This document shows positions 38,517 to 49,265 of a stretch of DNA of 64,000 nucleotides, in pieces. Every line of letters begins with the position of its first letter. Within the stretch, counting starts at the first letter, position 1. The DNA is taken from the NCBI GenBank assembly GCA_038245295.1, contig JBBRSP010000028.1, positions 1-64,000 on the forward strand, read 5' to 3'. The DNA is from Candidatus Binatia bacterium. GTDB lineage: Bacteria > Desulfobacterota > Binatia > HRBIN30. The translations under genes were made by a program, and so were the position numbers. Under the pieces are notes generated by a model. That model was not told the origin of the DNA, made no database searches, and was given only the letters and a program-made list of their open reading frames with translations.

Positions 38517-38729
38517 CTCCCTCGGGATCTGTACGTAACCCGGTGCCGTACAGGCTCGAGGTGAGATTTGTCAACCAATTTGGTGCTGAACGGTTCCGAT
38601 TTGACCCTATCCGACCGGTGATGCGACGGCTCGAGCACCCACAGAACGAACAAGTCGGTCGACCGGTCAAGGAATCGGCACGCACAACATGCTTGCCCCA
38701 ACTCGTCCGAGTTTGGTACTGCCGCGCCC

Positions 38730-40145
38730 ATGAAGCGAGCGCGATTGTACATTCTTGCGGCAGCCATCACGGTGCTCGCCGCTTGCGGCGAAGATTCGTC
38801 CGGTGGGGCAGCCAGCGGCGGGGGCACACCGGAGCCTCAAGCCGCATGGGGGCCGAGCATCGTCTATCCGACCGCACGCAGGGCGAACTCTCGTGGCTAT
38901 CTCGACCGGCGCGGCCTCATCCATGCGCACAGCTATTATTCGCACGACGCGTGCGACAATGAGCCGGTGAAGAACGGCCAGCGTGACCCGATCTGTTTCG
39001 ACGACTTCCGCCGCGGCTTGTGCCAGTCGCAGCACGATTTCGTGATGCTGTCGGATCACAGCGCATCGTTCTCCGAGTACGAGTTCCCGGATGTGCTGCT
39101 CTACCGGCCGGATCGTGGCGATCGCCTGGTCAACCGCAACACCAAACCAGTCGCTTCGTGGGCCAGCTGCCCGGATGGTAGCTCCGCCCTGGTCATGGCG
39201 GGTGCCGAGTCAGGTTTCATGCCAGTCGGGCTGGAAGAACACGTCGCCGCATCGGTTGACGAACGCAATGCGATCTACACCAGTAAGACTCTCAACGCTC
39301 TCGAGGCGCAGCGCAGCAAGGGTGCGGCGATTCTAATCGCCCACCCGGAAGACTGGACCGCGGACCAACTCGGCACCCTGCCGATCGACGGCTTTGAGAT
39401 GTACAACCTGCACGCCAATCTGCTGCGCAACCCGGGCCCGGCGCTCGAGTTGCTCTTGCGCGTCGACCAGGGCGATCCGCAACTACCGCATTCCGATCTG
39501 ATCCTGCTGTCGCTGATCACCGAAGACCCGCGTTACCTGAGCCGCTGGGGCTCGGTACTGGCGAGCGGCGTCAAACGCACGACCACCATGGGCACCGATT
39601 GCCACCGCAACACGTTCACGGCGATCCTGCCGGACGGCGAACGCGGCGACAGCTACCGGCGCTTGATGCTGTGGTTCTCCAACCACCTGCTGATTCGCCC
39701 TGAAGTCAACGGCACGTGGGATGATCGGCATGTGAAGGAGGCACTGAAAAACGGGCGACTCTACGGCGCCTTCGAGGTCATGGGTTATCCCGACGGCTTC
39801 GACTACCATGCGCAAGCCGGCAACAGTGTCTTCGAGATGGGTGGTGAGATCAACCTGGCGCAACACCCGGTGCTGCAAGCAACGGCGCCGAAGGTTCACA
39901 ATCTCAACCCAGAGCGCACACCGCCGCAGATCAAGACACGCTTGCTGCGCGCCATCCCGGGCGGCTTCGAAAGCGTTGCCGAAGGAGAGTCAGGGGTGTC
40001 GTTCACGCCTAGTATTACCGGCGCGTATCGCGTCGAAGTCCGCATGGTGCCGCGTCACCTGCGCGAAGACCTCGGTCGCGATGCCGACAAATTGCTCGCC
40101 AAGGACTACGTGTGGATCTACTCGAATCCTATCTATGTGCGCTGA
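38730..40145 (+). CDS. PHP-like metallohydrolase lipoprotein
   Basis: LAAC lipobox; HAHSYYSHD, SDH, AHP, GTDCH, WIYSNPIYV. Confidence 0.75.
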   Translation: MKRARLYILAAAITVLAACGEDSSGGAASGGGTPEPQAAWGPSIVYPTARRANSRGYLDRRGLIHAHSYYSHDACDNEPVKNGQRDPICFDDFRRGLCQSQHDFVMLSDHSASFSEYEFPDVLLYRPDRGDRLVNRNTKPVASWASCPDGSSALVMAGAESGFMPVGLEEHVAASVDERNAIYTSKTLNALEAQRSKGAAILIAHPEDWTADQLGTLPIDGFEMYNLHANLLRNPGPALELLLRVDQGDPQLPHSDLILLSLITEDPRYLSRWGSVLASGVKRTTTMGTDCHRNTFTAILPDGERGDSYRRLMLWFSNHLLIRPEVNGTWDDRHVKEALKNGRLYGAFEVMGYPDGFDYHAQAGNSVFEMGGEINLAQHPVLQATAPKVHNLNPERTPPQIKTRLLRAIPGGFESVAEGESGVSFTPSITGAYRVEVRMVPRHLREDLGRDADKLLAKDYVWIYSNPIYVR

Positions 40146-40297
40146 AAGATCCAGAAAAAGGGAGCAGGGTCGATGGAGGGAGTCGATCATTCCATACTCG
40201 CGAGGACGACGGCACCAAAAAACGGAGACCGAACCCTTTGCGGCAACATAGCTTGAAACGCGTCGCGCGACTCTGTTAACACCCGTCGCGTTCGCAC

Positions 40298-40370
<73 letters not shown>

Positions 40371-40455
40371 CCTTTTTCCCCCCACTCATCAAACATACCG
40401 AAGCTGGTTTGTGAACGACACGAATCAGCAGCCGACGATGCAACGTCAGCCGATT

Positions 40456-41217
40456 CTAGTGCGCACCAGGCATCGGCATCGTCTTCTTTTCGTAACCGGC
40501 CGGGATGTCGAACTCGGCGGCCGGGATGGCACGCGGTTCGACCTTGGTCACCACCGTCTTGATATCGTTGAACTCGCTCTGCATCGGAAAACCGTCGATC
40601 TGAGCATACGCTTTGGCCGGTGACGCGGCGGCGGCGCCGCCCATCGAAGCCATCCGTTCCTGCAGCTTTTTGTAGTCGTCGCGTAACGCGTCAAACCCTT
40701 TGATGTCCTTGGTCGCCCAGACGACCATGTCGCCACGCCCACCCTTGGCCTCGTACTTTGTGCAGGTGTGCCCGGCGACGTCTTTCGTTTCGGTCGTCTT
40801 GGTCACGACGACCGGGGCCGGCGGATCGGCACCAACACCGGCGCCCTTCATCATCTTCTCGACCATAGCTCGCTGCTCCGGCGGCATGCCCTTCATTTTC
40901 TCCTGCATCTGCGCCATCGCCGCATCGACCTGCTTGCTTGCCCCTTGCATCGTCTTCTCCATCTCGGAGAAGGTTATCTCGGTGTAGGTTTTCTTGGCCG
41001 TATCGATCGTGATGACCTTGTCCTGATCGCTGCGAATCAGGATGATCCGACCGCCACTATCGACAACCTTGAGCATCTTGGGGACGGCATAGGTTTGCGT
41101 CGTTCGTGGCGCACCGTTGGCACCCGTCATCGTGCTCTCCCAGTACAAACCCTGGGCCCGCACCGTCGCCGCGAGTGCGAAAAGTAATCCGACCACCATC
41201 GCCAATGTGATACGCAT
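40456..41217 (-). CDS. DUF4412-like exported protein
   Basis: signal peptide; TKDVAGHTCTKYE, VWAT, GFPM, EFDIPAGY. Confidence 0.75.
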   Translation of the reverse strand: MRITLAMVVGLLFALAATVRAQGLYWESTMTGANGAPRTTQTYAVPKMLKVVDSGGRIILIRSDQDKVITIDTAKKTYTEITFSEMEKTMQGASKQVDAAMAQMQEKMKGMPPEQRAMVEKMMKGAGVGADPPAPVVVTKTTETKDVAGHTCTKYEAKGGRGDMVVWATKDIKGFDALRDDYKKLQERMASMGGAAAASPAKAYAQIDGFPMQSEFNDIKTVVTKVEPRAIPAAEFDIPAGYEKKTMPMPGAH

Positions 41218-41362
41218 CCAATGTATTCCTCCGCGAACGACTTCATTTCCCGCCGTCACCGGGAAATCAAGCGGCAAACGCCGGCAAATCGAGATTGCAA
41301 GAATTTGATTGATCAACTAACGCCAGCCAGTACGATAGGCGGACCGAGAGTCCTGGAGGATC

Positions 41363-42922
41363 GTGAAGAAGCATACACTGTTATTTATGGCCGTCGCGTT
41401 GTGCACAGCGGCAGTCCTGCTCGTCTGGACCGGGACCGACGCTGGAGCCGACAAGCGGCCGCCATTGGCCGTGGAAAGCTCCACTGTCGATCCCGCAACG
41501 GCTGAACGGCTGACGCAGGACGCGGAAGCCCGCTTCCAAAAGGGTGACCTTTTGGGGGCGGCCGAACTAGCGACCAAGGCAAGCCGGCTCGATCCGAAAT
41601 CGGCTCGTGCCCATCGTGTCCTCGGTTACCTGCATGCATCGCTCGGCAACGACCGCGAAGCGCAAGCTGATTTTGAACACGCCGCGACCCTCGAACCGAA
41701 CCAGCGTGTTACCCTGGCTGACTATCACCTGGCGCGCGCCTGGGCGGAGTTGCAAAACGACTTGCGGCGCCGGCCGCCGGACGCCGAAGTAGCAGAACGA
41801 CTGCGGGGGCTCGCGGCATTGGCCGATGTAAATCCCGAGCTCAAAGCGTTGCTTGATAGCGCCGACAACGACGCGACCATGCCTGTCCCCGACCTGATCC
41901 CACCGCTGCTGCTGACCGATAGCGGCAAGCAGGCTCTGGTTGTGGAAAAACGTACCCAGACGGCGCGCCTCTACGCGCTGCGTGGCGGCAACCTCGTCGC
42001 TTTGCGGACCTACCCGGTGACAACCGGACAAGCCACCGGGAACAAGGAACATCGTGGCGACCGCCGCACACCAGATGGGGTGTATGCCATCACGGGTCTC
42101 CTGCCGGGAAAGCAGCTCCCCGACCTGTACGGCGACCTGGCCATGCCGCTCAGCTACCCAAATGCCTGGGACAAGATGCATGAGCACGACGGCGACGGCA
42201 TCTGGATCCACGGTGCGAATCGCTTGAACCAACCGTTTATTCCGCGCGCCACCAAGGGTTGTGTGGTCATGCGCAGCGAGGACTTGCGGGAGCTCGCCCA
42301 TTTGATCGATCCAGGCATCACACCCGTGTGGATCACCGAAGAGGTGGCCTATCGCACAGCCAAGGAATGGGCTTACAGCGTCGATCACATCTTCAATTCG
42401 ATCTCACCCGACGGGCTGCTCGCCGTGGTTGCCGGGCCCGATTACACCACGGTGTTCCGCAAGGAAGGCGAATCCATCACCAGGCAGTTCCTTGATCCGT
42501 ATTCGCCCTCGAAGGTGATCACAACCGAACACACCGCGGCGATTTCTCCCGGCGATTGGGCTCAGCAGCTGGCAATCCTCAACCCGCAAGGCGCGCAAAC
42601 GCTGCGTCGTGTCTTCGTCGTCGACCAGGACGCCTTCCCAGCTGTGGTCATTGAAACCAGCGGCCCGGTCGAAGCCCGTGGCTTCGCCCCCGACCGCAAT
42701 GACCGTTTCTACATCGACCTTGCCGGTGTCCGACCTGGGGCACTGCCGGAGACGGTGAAGGGAACCGGCCAGATGGTCAAACAGATCCGTATTGCCGCTG
42801 CCGAGCAGGAGCCGCCAGTGACACGGGTTGCCGTCGACCTCAACCGCCCCATGCACTACCGCATCTCGCGCCAAGGCAACAACACCGTTGTCTCGCTCAA
42901 CGAGATAAACGAAGCGCGCTAA
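41363..42922 (+). CDS. TPR + L,D-transpeptidase + AMIN-like domain protein
   Basis: TPR helices; GDRRTPDG, LSYPN, IWIHG...TKGCV; RFYIDL...TRVAVDL. Confidence 0.82.
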   Translation: MKKHTLLFMAVALCTAAVLLVWTGTDAGADKRPPLAVESSTVDPATAERLTQDAEARFQKGDLLGAAELATKASRLDPKSARAHRVLGYLHASLGNDREAQADFEHAATLEPNQRVTLADYHLARAWAELQNDLRRRPPDAEVAERLRGLAALADVNPELKALLDSADNDATMPVPDLIPPLLLTDSGKQALVVEKRTQTARLYALRGGNLVALRTYPVTTGQATGNKEHRGDRRTPDGVYAITGLLPGKQLPDLYGDLAMPLSYPNAWDKMHEHDGDGIWIHGANRLNQPFIPRATKGCVVMRSEDLRELAHLIDPGITPVWITEEVAYRTAKEWAYSVDHIFNSISPDGLLAVVAGPDYTTVFRKEGESITRQFLDPYSPSKVITTEHTAAISPGDWAQQLAILNPQGAQTLRRVFVVDQDAFPAVVIETSGPVEARGFAPDRNDRFYIDLAGVRPGALPETVKGTGQMVKQIRIAAAEQEPPVTRVAVDLNRPMHYRISRQGNNTVVSLNEINEAR

Positions 42923-43914
42923 CTTTCAGCGAGCGCGATCGATTCGACGCGCACTGCCGCGTGGCTGGCGGCAGCGCGGTAACAAGCCGCCGCAATCGCG
43001 GCGGCGCGCAATCCTTCTTCGAACGCAATCGGCATCGGGGCGCCGCGCCGCACGGCTTCGGTGAAATCGGCCACTGCCGCTCGCACCGTTGCAACCGGTG
43101 CGGGCAGGCTGAGCGACTCGACCTTCGTGCCCTGAACGAGCGTCGCGCTGTTGAGCACATGGTCGCCGATCAACTGGCCATGTTCACCGACGATCTCGAT
43201 GCCGCCCGAGCGGCTCGCCGTGGCGCGCGATCCCGCCACATTCGCCAGACCGACGCCGTCGCTCAGTCGCAGGACGACACTGAAGTTGTCCTCGCTGCGA
43301 GCGGTGCCGACCATCGACAGTTCGCAGCTGACGGACTCGACTTCCAAGCCACTGAGAAGCCGAACGAGGTCGAAGCAGTGAACGCCGGTGTGGAGAATCA
43401 TGCCACCACCGGCGATCGTCGGGTCATCGATCCATCCCGGACGCGACGCCTCGAAGCGCTGCCCAATCCGCAACGAGTGAATGCGACCGATCGCCGGTCG
43501 CGACGCTAGCAACTGCTGGACGACACCGTTGTACCGCAACGTCTGCGCCACCATGACCGGAATTCCAGCAGCACGGGCGTGCGCCAACATCTGGCGGCCC
43601 GAGCTCATGCTCGGTGCCGCGGGCTTTTCCAGCAAAACCGGCTTCCCAGCGCGCGCCGCTGCCTCAATGATCCCCATGTGTAACGTCGGTGGAACCACCA
43701 CAATAACGGCGTCGACGTCCGGCGATTGGAGCAACTCCTCGTAGTCGCCATAGAAGCGGCAGCCAAAGGCCGCCGCTTGTTGTTCACCGAGCACTGCGTC
43801 GCGCCGAGAAATCGCCGTCAAACGCAGCGTCGCCGAGAAATCATCACGAATATGATTGGCGTAACGAATACCGTGTTTGCCGACACCGATGAGTCCGAGA
43901 TTCAAATATGCCAT
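42919..43914 (-). CDS. Gfo/Idh/MocA oxidoreductase
   Basis: GLIGVGKHG, LLEKP, GGGMILHTGVHCFD. Confidence 0.9.
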   Translation of the reverse strand: MAYLNLGLIGVGKHGIRYANHIRDDFSATLRLTAISRRDAVLGEQQAAAFGCRFYGDYEELLQSPDVDAVIVVVPPTLHMGIIEAAARAGKPVLLEKPAAPSMSSGRQMLAHARAAGIPVMVAQTLRYNGVVQQLLASRPAIGRIHSLRIGQRFEASRPGWIDDPTIAGGGMILHTGVHCFDLVRLLSGLEVESVSCELSMVGTARSEDNFSVVLRLSDGVGLANVAGSRATASRSGGIEIVGEHGQLIGDHVLNSATLVQGTKVESLSLPAPVATVRAAVADFTEAVRRGAPMPIAFEEGLRAAAIAAACYRAAASHAAVRVESIALAES

Positions 43915-44002
43915 TGCGTACTCCGTCGAATTCCTGCGCCCCACCTGTCTCAACACTGCGACAGGTTTTGTCAAACCGCGACTTGCGCGTTAGAAGCTCG
44001 CG

Positions 44003-44692
44003 ATGGCCCCCAAAGCAGCCCCCCCTGCGCCGGCACGGCGACCGTTTGACATCGACGAGGTCATGCGTCGGCTGCGTCGCGATGCTCCCGGCTGGCATGC
44101 GCCCGTCGTCACCTTCATCGCGGTGCAGACCGGTGATCCGTATCGCGTGCTCATTTCGTGTCTCCTGAGTCTGCGAACCAAGGATGAAACCACCGGGCCG
44201 GCATCGCAACGGCTGTTCGCCTTGGCCGACTCCCCCGCGGCGATGGTGCGCCTCTCAATCGCCGAGATCGAGAAGGCGATTTTCCCGGTCGGGTTCTACC
44301 ACACCAAGGCGCGGACGATTCTCGACGTCTCCAAGACGCTACTCGAGAAATACGACGGTACCGTACCCGACGATCTCGACGCCTTGCTCACCCTCAAGGG
44401 GGTCGGGCGCAAGACTGCCAATCTGGTGCTCATCCAGGGGTTCAAGAAGCCCGGCATGTGCGTTGACACCCATGTGCACCGCATTTCCAATCGCTGGAAC
44501 TATGTCCGCACCAAGGATCCGCTGGCCACGGAAATGGCGTTGCGCCGCAAACTGCCACCGTCGTATTGGCTCGATTACAACGACACCCTCGTCGCCTTTG
44601 GCCAGACCCTGTGCCAGCCAGTCTCGCCGTGGTGTAGTCGTTGCCCGATCATCGAATTTTGCCCGCGGCGCGGCGTCACACACCGCCGCTAA
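44003..44692 (+). CDS. nth: endonuclease III
   Basis: HhH LKGVGRKTAN, VDTHVHR, 4Fe-4S C-x6-C-x2-C-x5-C. Confidence 0.93.
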   Translation: MAPKAAPPAPARRPFDIDEVMRRLRRDAPGWHAPVVTFIAVQTGDPYRVLISCLLSLRTKDETTGPASQRLFALADSPAAMVRLSIAEIEKAIFPVGFYHTKARTILDVSKTLLEKYDGTVPDDLDALLTLKGVGRKTANLVLIQGFKKPGMCVDTHVHRISNRWNYVRTKDPLATEMALRRKLPPSYWLDYNDTLVAFGQTLCQPVSPWCSRCPIIEFCPRRGVTHRR

Positions 44693-44785
44693 CGCACGGG
44701 GGATTAGCGCAGGGCATTAGCTTGACTCCCCATGGGGGGGCAGTTAGTAACGTCGGACTTTTCAGCTTTGGGCGAGGAATCATAA

Positions 44786-45709
44786 ATGCGACAGTGGTGG
44801 CACGAGTTTGGTAAGCGCGGGATGGTGGTCGCTTTAGCGTCGGGTCTTGCGGCATGCACCGCCGCCAAGCCGGTGGCAACGGCAAACCAGCAGGCGCTTT
44901 ACCAGGAAACGGCGGTACCAACCGTCGGCGCGACGGCGACACCAACACCGCCACCGCCCAGTGCCGCTGGCGCCGCAGTACCGACCACGGCCGACGGCAA
45001 ACCGGTAGCGGTCTCGACGCGCGCTGTCGGCACCATCGACAAACCGAAACCAGGCCAGGTGATTGGTCCGCTGATTACACATCTGGGAGCGGCGCGTGCC
45101 GATGGCACCGGCGTTCCAGCCGTGATGGAAGGTGGCCTTCCAACCTTTACCACTTCCGCTGGCTCGGGGTTCATCCTGGTCATCGAGGCCAAAGCCGGCG
45201 TTGGCGGTCATGAGGTCGGACGCCGCGTCTACGCGCACCTGAAGGACGACCCAACCGTACGTCCCGATCTCGAGATTCTCGTCAACCGCGATCTGGGTGA
45301 CGGCAGCCCGGCTGTGTGCGACCGCATGAAGCCCAACATCGGCGGCATCCCCGGCAACGCCAAGACGGACTGGTCCGAGACGCAATCGGTGTCGGATCGT
45401 ATCAATGACCTGACCTGTCGCTTCGAAAGCTTCAACGAGAGCGAGTCGTCGTGCACGCAAACCGCGAGCGGTGACTTCTCATTTCTCGCCAAGGATACGA
45501 CGCAGCAGTTCTGCATGATCGTGGCGCGGGCTTGGGCCTTTCCCGAAGGCGACACGATTGTGAGCGTGCGGGTGCGCGATATGAAGGGGAACCCCGGACC
45601 GGTCAAGCAGATGCGCGTTCGCCGCATCGCCGCCCCCGTAAAAACTCCCCCACCGACGGCAAAGCCAACGCCTGCCAAACCGAAGTCTCTGCCTACACGC
45701 GGCATGTGA
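44786..45709 (+). CDS. hypothetical lipoprotein with Cys-containing globular domain
   Basis: LAAC lipobox, Pro/Thr linker. Confidence 0.7.
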   Translation: MRQWWHEFGKRGMVVALASGLAACTAAKPVATANQQALYQETAVPTVGATATPTPPPPSAAGAAVPTTADGKPVAVSTRAVGTIDKPKPGQVIGPLITHLGAARADGTGVPAVMEGGLPTFTTSAGSGFILVIEAKAGVGGHEVGRRVYAHLKDDPTVRPDLEILVNRDLGDGSPAVCDRMKPNIGGIPGNAKTDWSETQSVSDRINDLTCRFESFNESESSCTQTASGDFSFLAKDTTQQFCMIVARAWAFPEGDTIVSVRVRDMKGNPGPVKQMRVRRIAAPVKTPPPTAKPTPAKPKSLPTRGM

Positions 45710-45741
45710 ACTCGCACGAAACGGCGAAAAGGAGCACCGCG

Positions 45742-46188
45742 ATGACAAAACCATACTGGATGCTAGCGGGGGTCCTCTTATTGAGCGGCTGTGGCGGCTG
45801 CGGCGAGACAACTGCCCCGCCTGCTGCGACGGCGGTTCCAGCGGCGGCCGCAGCCGCACCAATTGTGGCCAAGACGGCGGCACCGCCGCAAGGCACTCCC
45901 CAAGATGAAGAAGACTGCATCGTCATTGCGGATGCGAACCCCGACTACGGTCCACCGCCGCTGTCCGTCGCCTTCACGGCGGAGGCGGAGTGCACAAGCG
46001 GCGCGGTCAAATACAAATGGGATTTCGGCGACGGAACCAGCTCGACCGAGGCGAATCCGACTCACAGTTACACCAAGGTTGGCGACTACGAAGCGACGGT
46101 CACGGTGAACGCCGGCAAGGCGGAAGCTACCGACGAGATCGACATCACCGTTGAAGAAGGCGACGAGGAGGACGGGCAGGCCGACTAG
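45742..46188 (+). CDS. PKD-domain lipoprotein
   Basis: LSGC lipobox; YKWDFGDG...NPTHSY; AAGGAG RBS. Confidence 0.85.
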   Translation: MTKPYWMLAGVLLLSGCGGCGETTAPPAATAVPAAAAAAPIVAKTAAPPQGTPQDEEDCIVIADANPDYGPPPLSVAFTAEAECTSGAVKYKWDFGDGTSSTEANPTHSYTKVGDYEATVTVNAGKAEATDEIDITVEEGDEEDGQAD

Positions 46189-46203
46189 GCGAGCTCGTTC
46201 TTT

Positions 46204-46497
46204 ATGCCGGCACCAGGGAAACGGCCGTCAAACGCACTGCGTTGGCTCGTCGGTGTTGGCATTTCCATTCTGTTCGTCGGCGTCGTAATCTACCGTGGGT
46301 TACATCCCGGGGTTCGTTGCGAGGTATGCATCGAGTTCCGCGGCAACCAGGCTTGCCGCACGGTCGACGGCTCAGAAGAGCGCGAGGTGAGAACCTCCGC
46401 CATCAACAACACATGCGCGCAGCTGGCTTCCGGCGTGACTGATTCGATGGCCTGTGAACGCACGGCGCCGTTCAAGGAGTCATGCAATCCGTTGTAG
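46204..46497 (+). CDS. small membrane-anchored 6-Cys hypothetical protein
   Basis: one TM then CEVC...C...C...C...C. Confidence 0.7.
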   Translation: MPAPGKRPSNALRWLVGVGISILFVGVVIYRGLHPGVRCEVCIEFRGNQACRTVDGSEEREVRTSAINNTCAQLASGVTDSMACERTAPFKESCNPL

Positions 46498-46543
46498 GCG
46501 AAGACGATTGGACTCAATCCAAGCGAGATGAACAGCAGACAAA

Positions 46544-46578
46544 AAAAGGGCGGGCTGCCAGAGGCAACCCGCCCTTTT
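46544..46578. terminator. bidirectional intrinsic terminator
   Basis: AAAAGGGCGGG...CCCGCCCTTTT between convergent genes. Confidence 0.8.
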
Positions 46579-46594
46579 CCGTGGTGCAAGGAAA

Positions 46595-46927
46595 CTACGG
46601 GCGCTTGAAGAGGCTTTGCATCTTCATCGCCATGCCCATGTCGCCGGCGATCTTCAGCTTGCCGCTCATGAAGGCCATCTGGCCGTTGAGCTTACCGCTG
46701 ATCATGTCGACATAGTCCTGAGCCGCCAGGGTCATCGTCATGTTCGGGGACGCGTGGGCGCCTTCCGAGACGGTGGCCACGCCGTCCTTGATTGCCACGT
46801 GGTAGGTGCCGCCACCGTCGCCGCTGAGGTTGAACTGGATAACCGAGTTCATGCCCTTTGCCGCGTCGGGGTTGAGCTGCGCTGGCATTGCCGCAAAAAT
46901 CGCCTTCACATCATCTGCTACTGCCAT
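46595..46927 (-). CDS. SCP2 sterol/lipid-binding domain protein
   Basis: GKLNGQMAFMSGKLKIAGDMGMAMK; GGAGG RBS. Confidence 0.92.
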   Translation of the reverse strand: MAVADDVKAIFAAMPAQLNPDAAKGMNSVIQFNLSGDGGGTYHVAIKDGVATVSEGAHASPNMTMTLAAQDYVDMISGKLNGQMAFMSGKLKIAGDMGMAMKMQSLFKRP

Positions 46928-47118
46928 GGTCCTGTCCTCCCTTTTGCTCGTTGAAGCGCTCAGTCGAGCGCCTCCCATTACTCACTGACTCTGTCCTACC
47001 AATTCGTGATTGGCCGACGGACCCGTCCTGCTCACAACATCCCACTCGGCCAGCGGCATTTTTATTTGAGGGCCATTTCTTTGTCAACGCAGCCTGACGA
47101 ATATTGTCCACACCCCCG

Positions 47119-48153
47119 TCAATGCGTTGGTCTTGGATTCGCTCCTGGTAGGGAACCAAGCATGACCGACGGCAGATTCAGCGTGCCGCCGATGTTCGAG
47201 TAGGCGAAATGACGCGCATTGATGTGCGCGTGCACCGGCATCCCCGGGCCATCGTGGATCTCGTAGTCGAGCGGCATCGGCCCGAGCAGCTGAAGCGCCT
47301 GGTGCAGCATCGCCGCGAAAATACGCCAACGCTCGGCGGGAACATCAACCAACCGCACCCAATCATGGGTCAGCACCACTTCGTAGCTGCGGGGGAATGT
47401 CCCGTAAGGACAGAAGTACGCGACACAGCCGTCCTGCTCCGCAAGCACGAAGCCGTGGTCGCGCGCGAAGTTGACTCCCTCGCCCCAGATCTGGCGATTT
47501 CCCGCCGTCGCCGCACGTTCAAACTCGGCAACCGGGAAGACGATGTCGGAGCCGATCACTTGATTGTGGACATGCGGTTGCGAAGCGCCCGACTCACGGC
47601 CCTGATTCTTGCGAATCAACACGTGCCGCACAGCTCGGTTCGAGTAGGAGCGGCGGGCGATTTCCACGTCGACCGCCAGGAGTGCCTGGAACTGTTCGAG
47701 CGGTAGCAAACTGCTGTAAAGCAAATCCTCGTGACCGCGGGGCTGATCGGCGAAGTGTCGCGGGTCCTCAATAACGACATACGATTCATTCTGCCCGCCG
47801 GTGCAGCATTCTGGAATCCGCGGGATCAAATTGCGCACAGCGCGGATCACCCAGTCGGTCTTCCCGCCGGAATGGAAGATCTCCACAGGATGGCGACGCA
47901 AGACCTCGTCGGGGGAGAGCTGCTCGTTCCCGGGACAGAAGGGACATTGGCGGCGTGCTTCGGTCAACTCGGCAACGAGCCGCGTCGCGTATTCGATCGG
48001 GTCGACGGCAGGCGGATTCAGCAGGGCATCCTGAGCCTGGCGAGCGAAGCCACTGCGCTTCTTGTGAACGTGGGTAAAGTAGGTCACCGCCCCGGTAAAC
48101 GGGTTGCGCACCCACACCAGGGCTCCATTGTCGCTGCGGAACTCGATCGGCAT
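47119..48153 (-). CDS. GalT-like (HIT superfamily) nucleotidyltransferase
   Basis: CPFCPGNE, NQGRESGASQPHVHNQ. Confidence 0.78.
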   Translation of the reverse strand: MPIEFRSDNGALVWVRNPFTGAVTYFTHVHKKRSGFARQAQDALLNPPAVDPIEYATRLVAELTEARRQCPFCPGNEQLSPDEVLRRHPVEIFHSGGKTDWVIRAVRNLIPRIPECCTGGQNESYVVIEDPRHFADQPRGHEDLLYSSLLPLEQFQALLAVDVEIARRSYSNRAVRHVLIRKNQGRESGASQPHVHNQVIGSDIVFPVAEFERAATAGNRQIWGEGVNFARDHGFVLAEQDGCVAYFCPYGTFPRSYEVVLTHDWVRLVDVPAERWRIFAAMLHQALQLLGPMPLDYEIHDGPGMPVHAHINARHFAYSNIGGTLNLPSVMLGSLPGANPRPTH

Positions 48154-48224
48154 CGGAAGGGCATCATTCGGGAGGACAGCCGATTAGGCAAGCCCTCCCC
48201 TAGGCTCGTCGCCTTGTGACTCTT

Positions 48225-48773
48225 CTATTGCCCCAGTGTCGTGAGATCGAGAGTCGTGCCTTCCTGGAGGCAAGGACTGTCGATATCGGATTCGAAAGTC
48301 CCGGTTTCGCCGCCTTGCAGGGTTGATGGGCTGACGGAGACCTCGCTGTGGAAACAAGGATTGCCCTGCCCCGGATCCAGCGAGCTGACGACCACGGCGA
48401 CGCCCGTAGCGGCCGCACCGCCGGCATTTTTCACGATCCCAGAGACATGCATCGAGGTTGGCCCGCTGTGGTCGGACTTGCTACTGACGACAAGGAGCTT
48501 CGCGGGCCCGGCCGCCCCCGGTGTGGCAGTGCCATCGGCCGCTGCCTTCGCGGCGACATCCGCATCCTCACCGCCCGTAATCGGCTGTCGCGCCGGTAGG
48601 TTTCGCTCTTCTACATTACCGGCGTCCGCCGGCGCGTGATCCGCGAAATGAACGGTGCCACCCTTGTCCGTCCAGGTATAAACGGTTTGGGCCGCCAACG
48701 GAGAACCGACAGCAGTACTGGCCAACACGCCGATCGCCAAACATAGCTTCCAAGGCCGACCCATCATGCGCAA
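48225..48773 (-). CDS. DUF4124-domain exported protein
   Basis: signal peptide; VYTWTDKGGTVHFADHAP. Confidence 0.78.
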   Translation of the reverse strand: MRMMGRPWKLCLAIGVLASTAVGSPLAAQTVYTWTDKGGTVHFADHAPADAGNVEERNLPARQPITGGEDADVAAKAAADGTATPGAAGPAKLLVVSSKSDHSGPTSMHVSGIVKNAGGAAATGVAVVVSSLDPGQGNPCFHSEVSVSPSTLQGGETGTFESDIDSPCLQEGTTLDLTTLGQ

Positions 48774-48862
48774 CGTTCTCGCCCTCCGAACCCCTACCTG
48801 TCAACGGCAATTTCGAGCCTCCACGGTTGATTGGATTGATCGCGTGCTTAGTTTGACGACCT

Positions 48863-49249
48863 ATGATGGACTTACCTGAGGCCCTGACGGGCAAAGATGT
48901 CGCGCTTCGAGCCTTCGATAGCCTGTTTCAGAAGGCGGCGGCCAAGCTGCACGTCGAATGTTCGGAAGAAGATCAACGCGAAGCCAAACGCGACTTCGCT
49001 GAACGCTCCGCCGCCATGCTTGAGTTGCTCAATGGGATCAACGTGCCCAGTTTCCCAGACGAGGTGATGCACAGCATGGAACAGTCGATGGATCGCTTAT
49101 CGCCGTCCCAGTTGGTCGGTTACCTGGCAGCCCTGCCGCTGGCGGTGCAGGCTCAAGAGATCCTGAGGCAGATGTCCCATCAAGCTGCCGAGCAAAGCGT
49201 GATGAATTCATTGATCGCTCAAGCCGACGACACGTTTGGAGGCAACTAG
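48863..49249 (+). CDS. hypothetical helical protein
   Basis: clean ORF filling the gap, protein-like composition. Confidence 0.65.
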   Translation: MMDLPEALTGKDVALRAFDSLFQKAAAKLHVECSEEDQREAKRDFAERSAAMLELLNGINVPSFPDEVMHSMEQSMDRLSPSQLVGYLAALPLAVQAQEILRQMSHQAAEQSVMNSLIAQADDTFGGN

Positions 49250-49265
49250 CTGTGCCCGCCATCAC

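Noticed and set aside
46930..47110. Riboswitch or TetR operator upstream of the SCP2 gene
   Set aside because: No recognisable aptamer or clean palindrome
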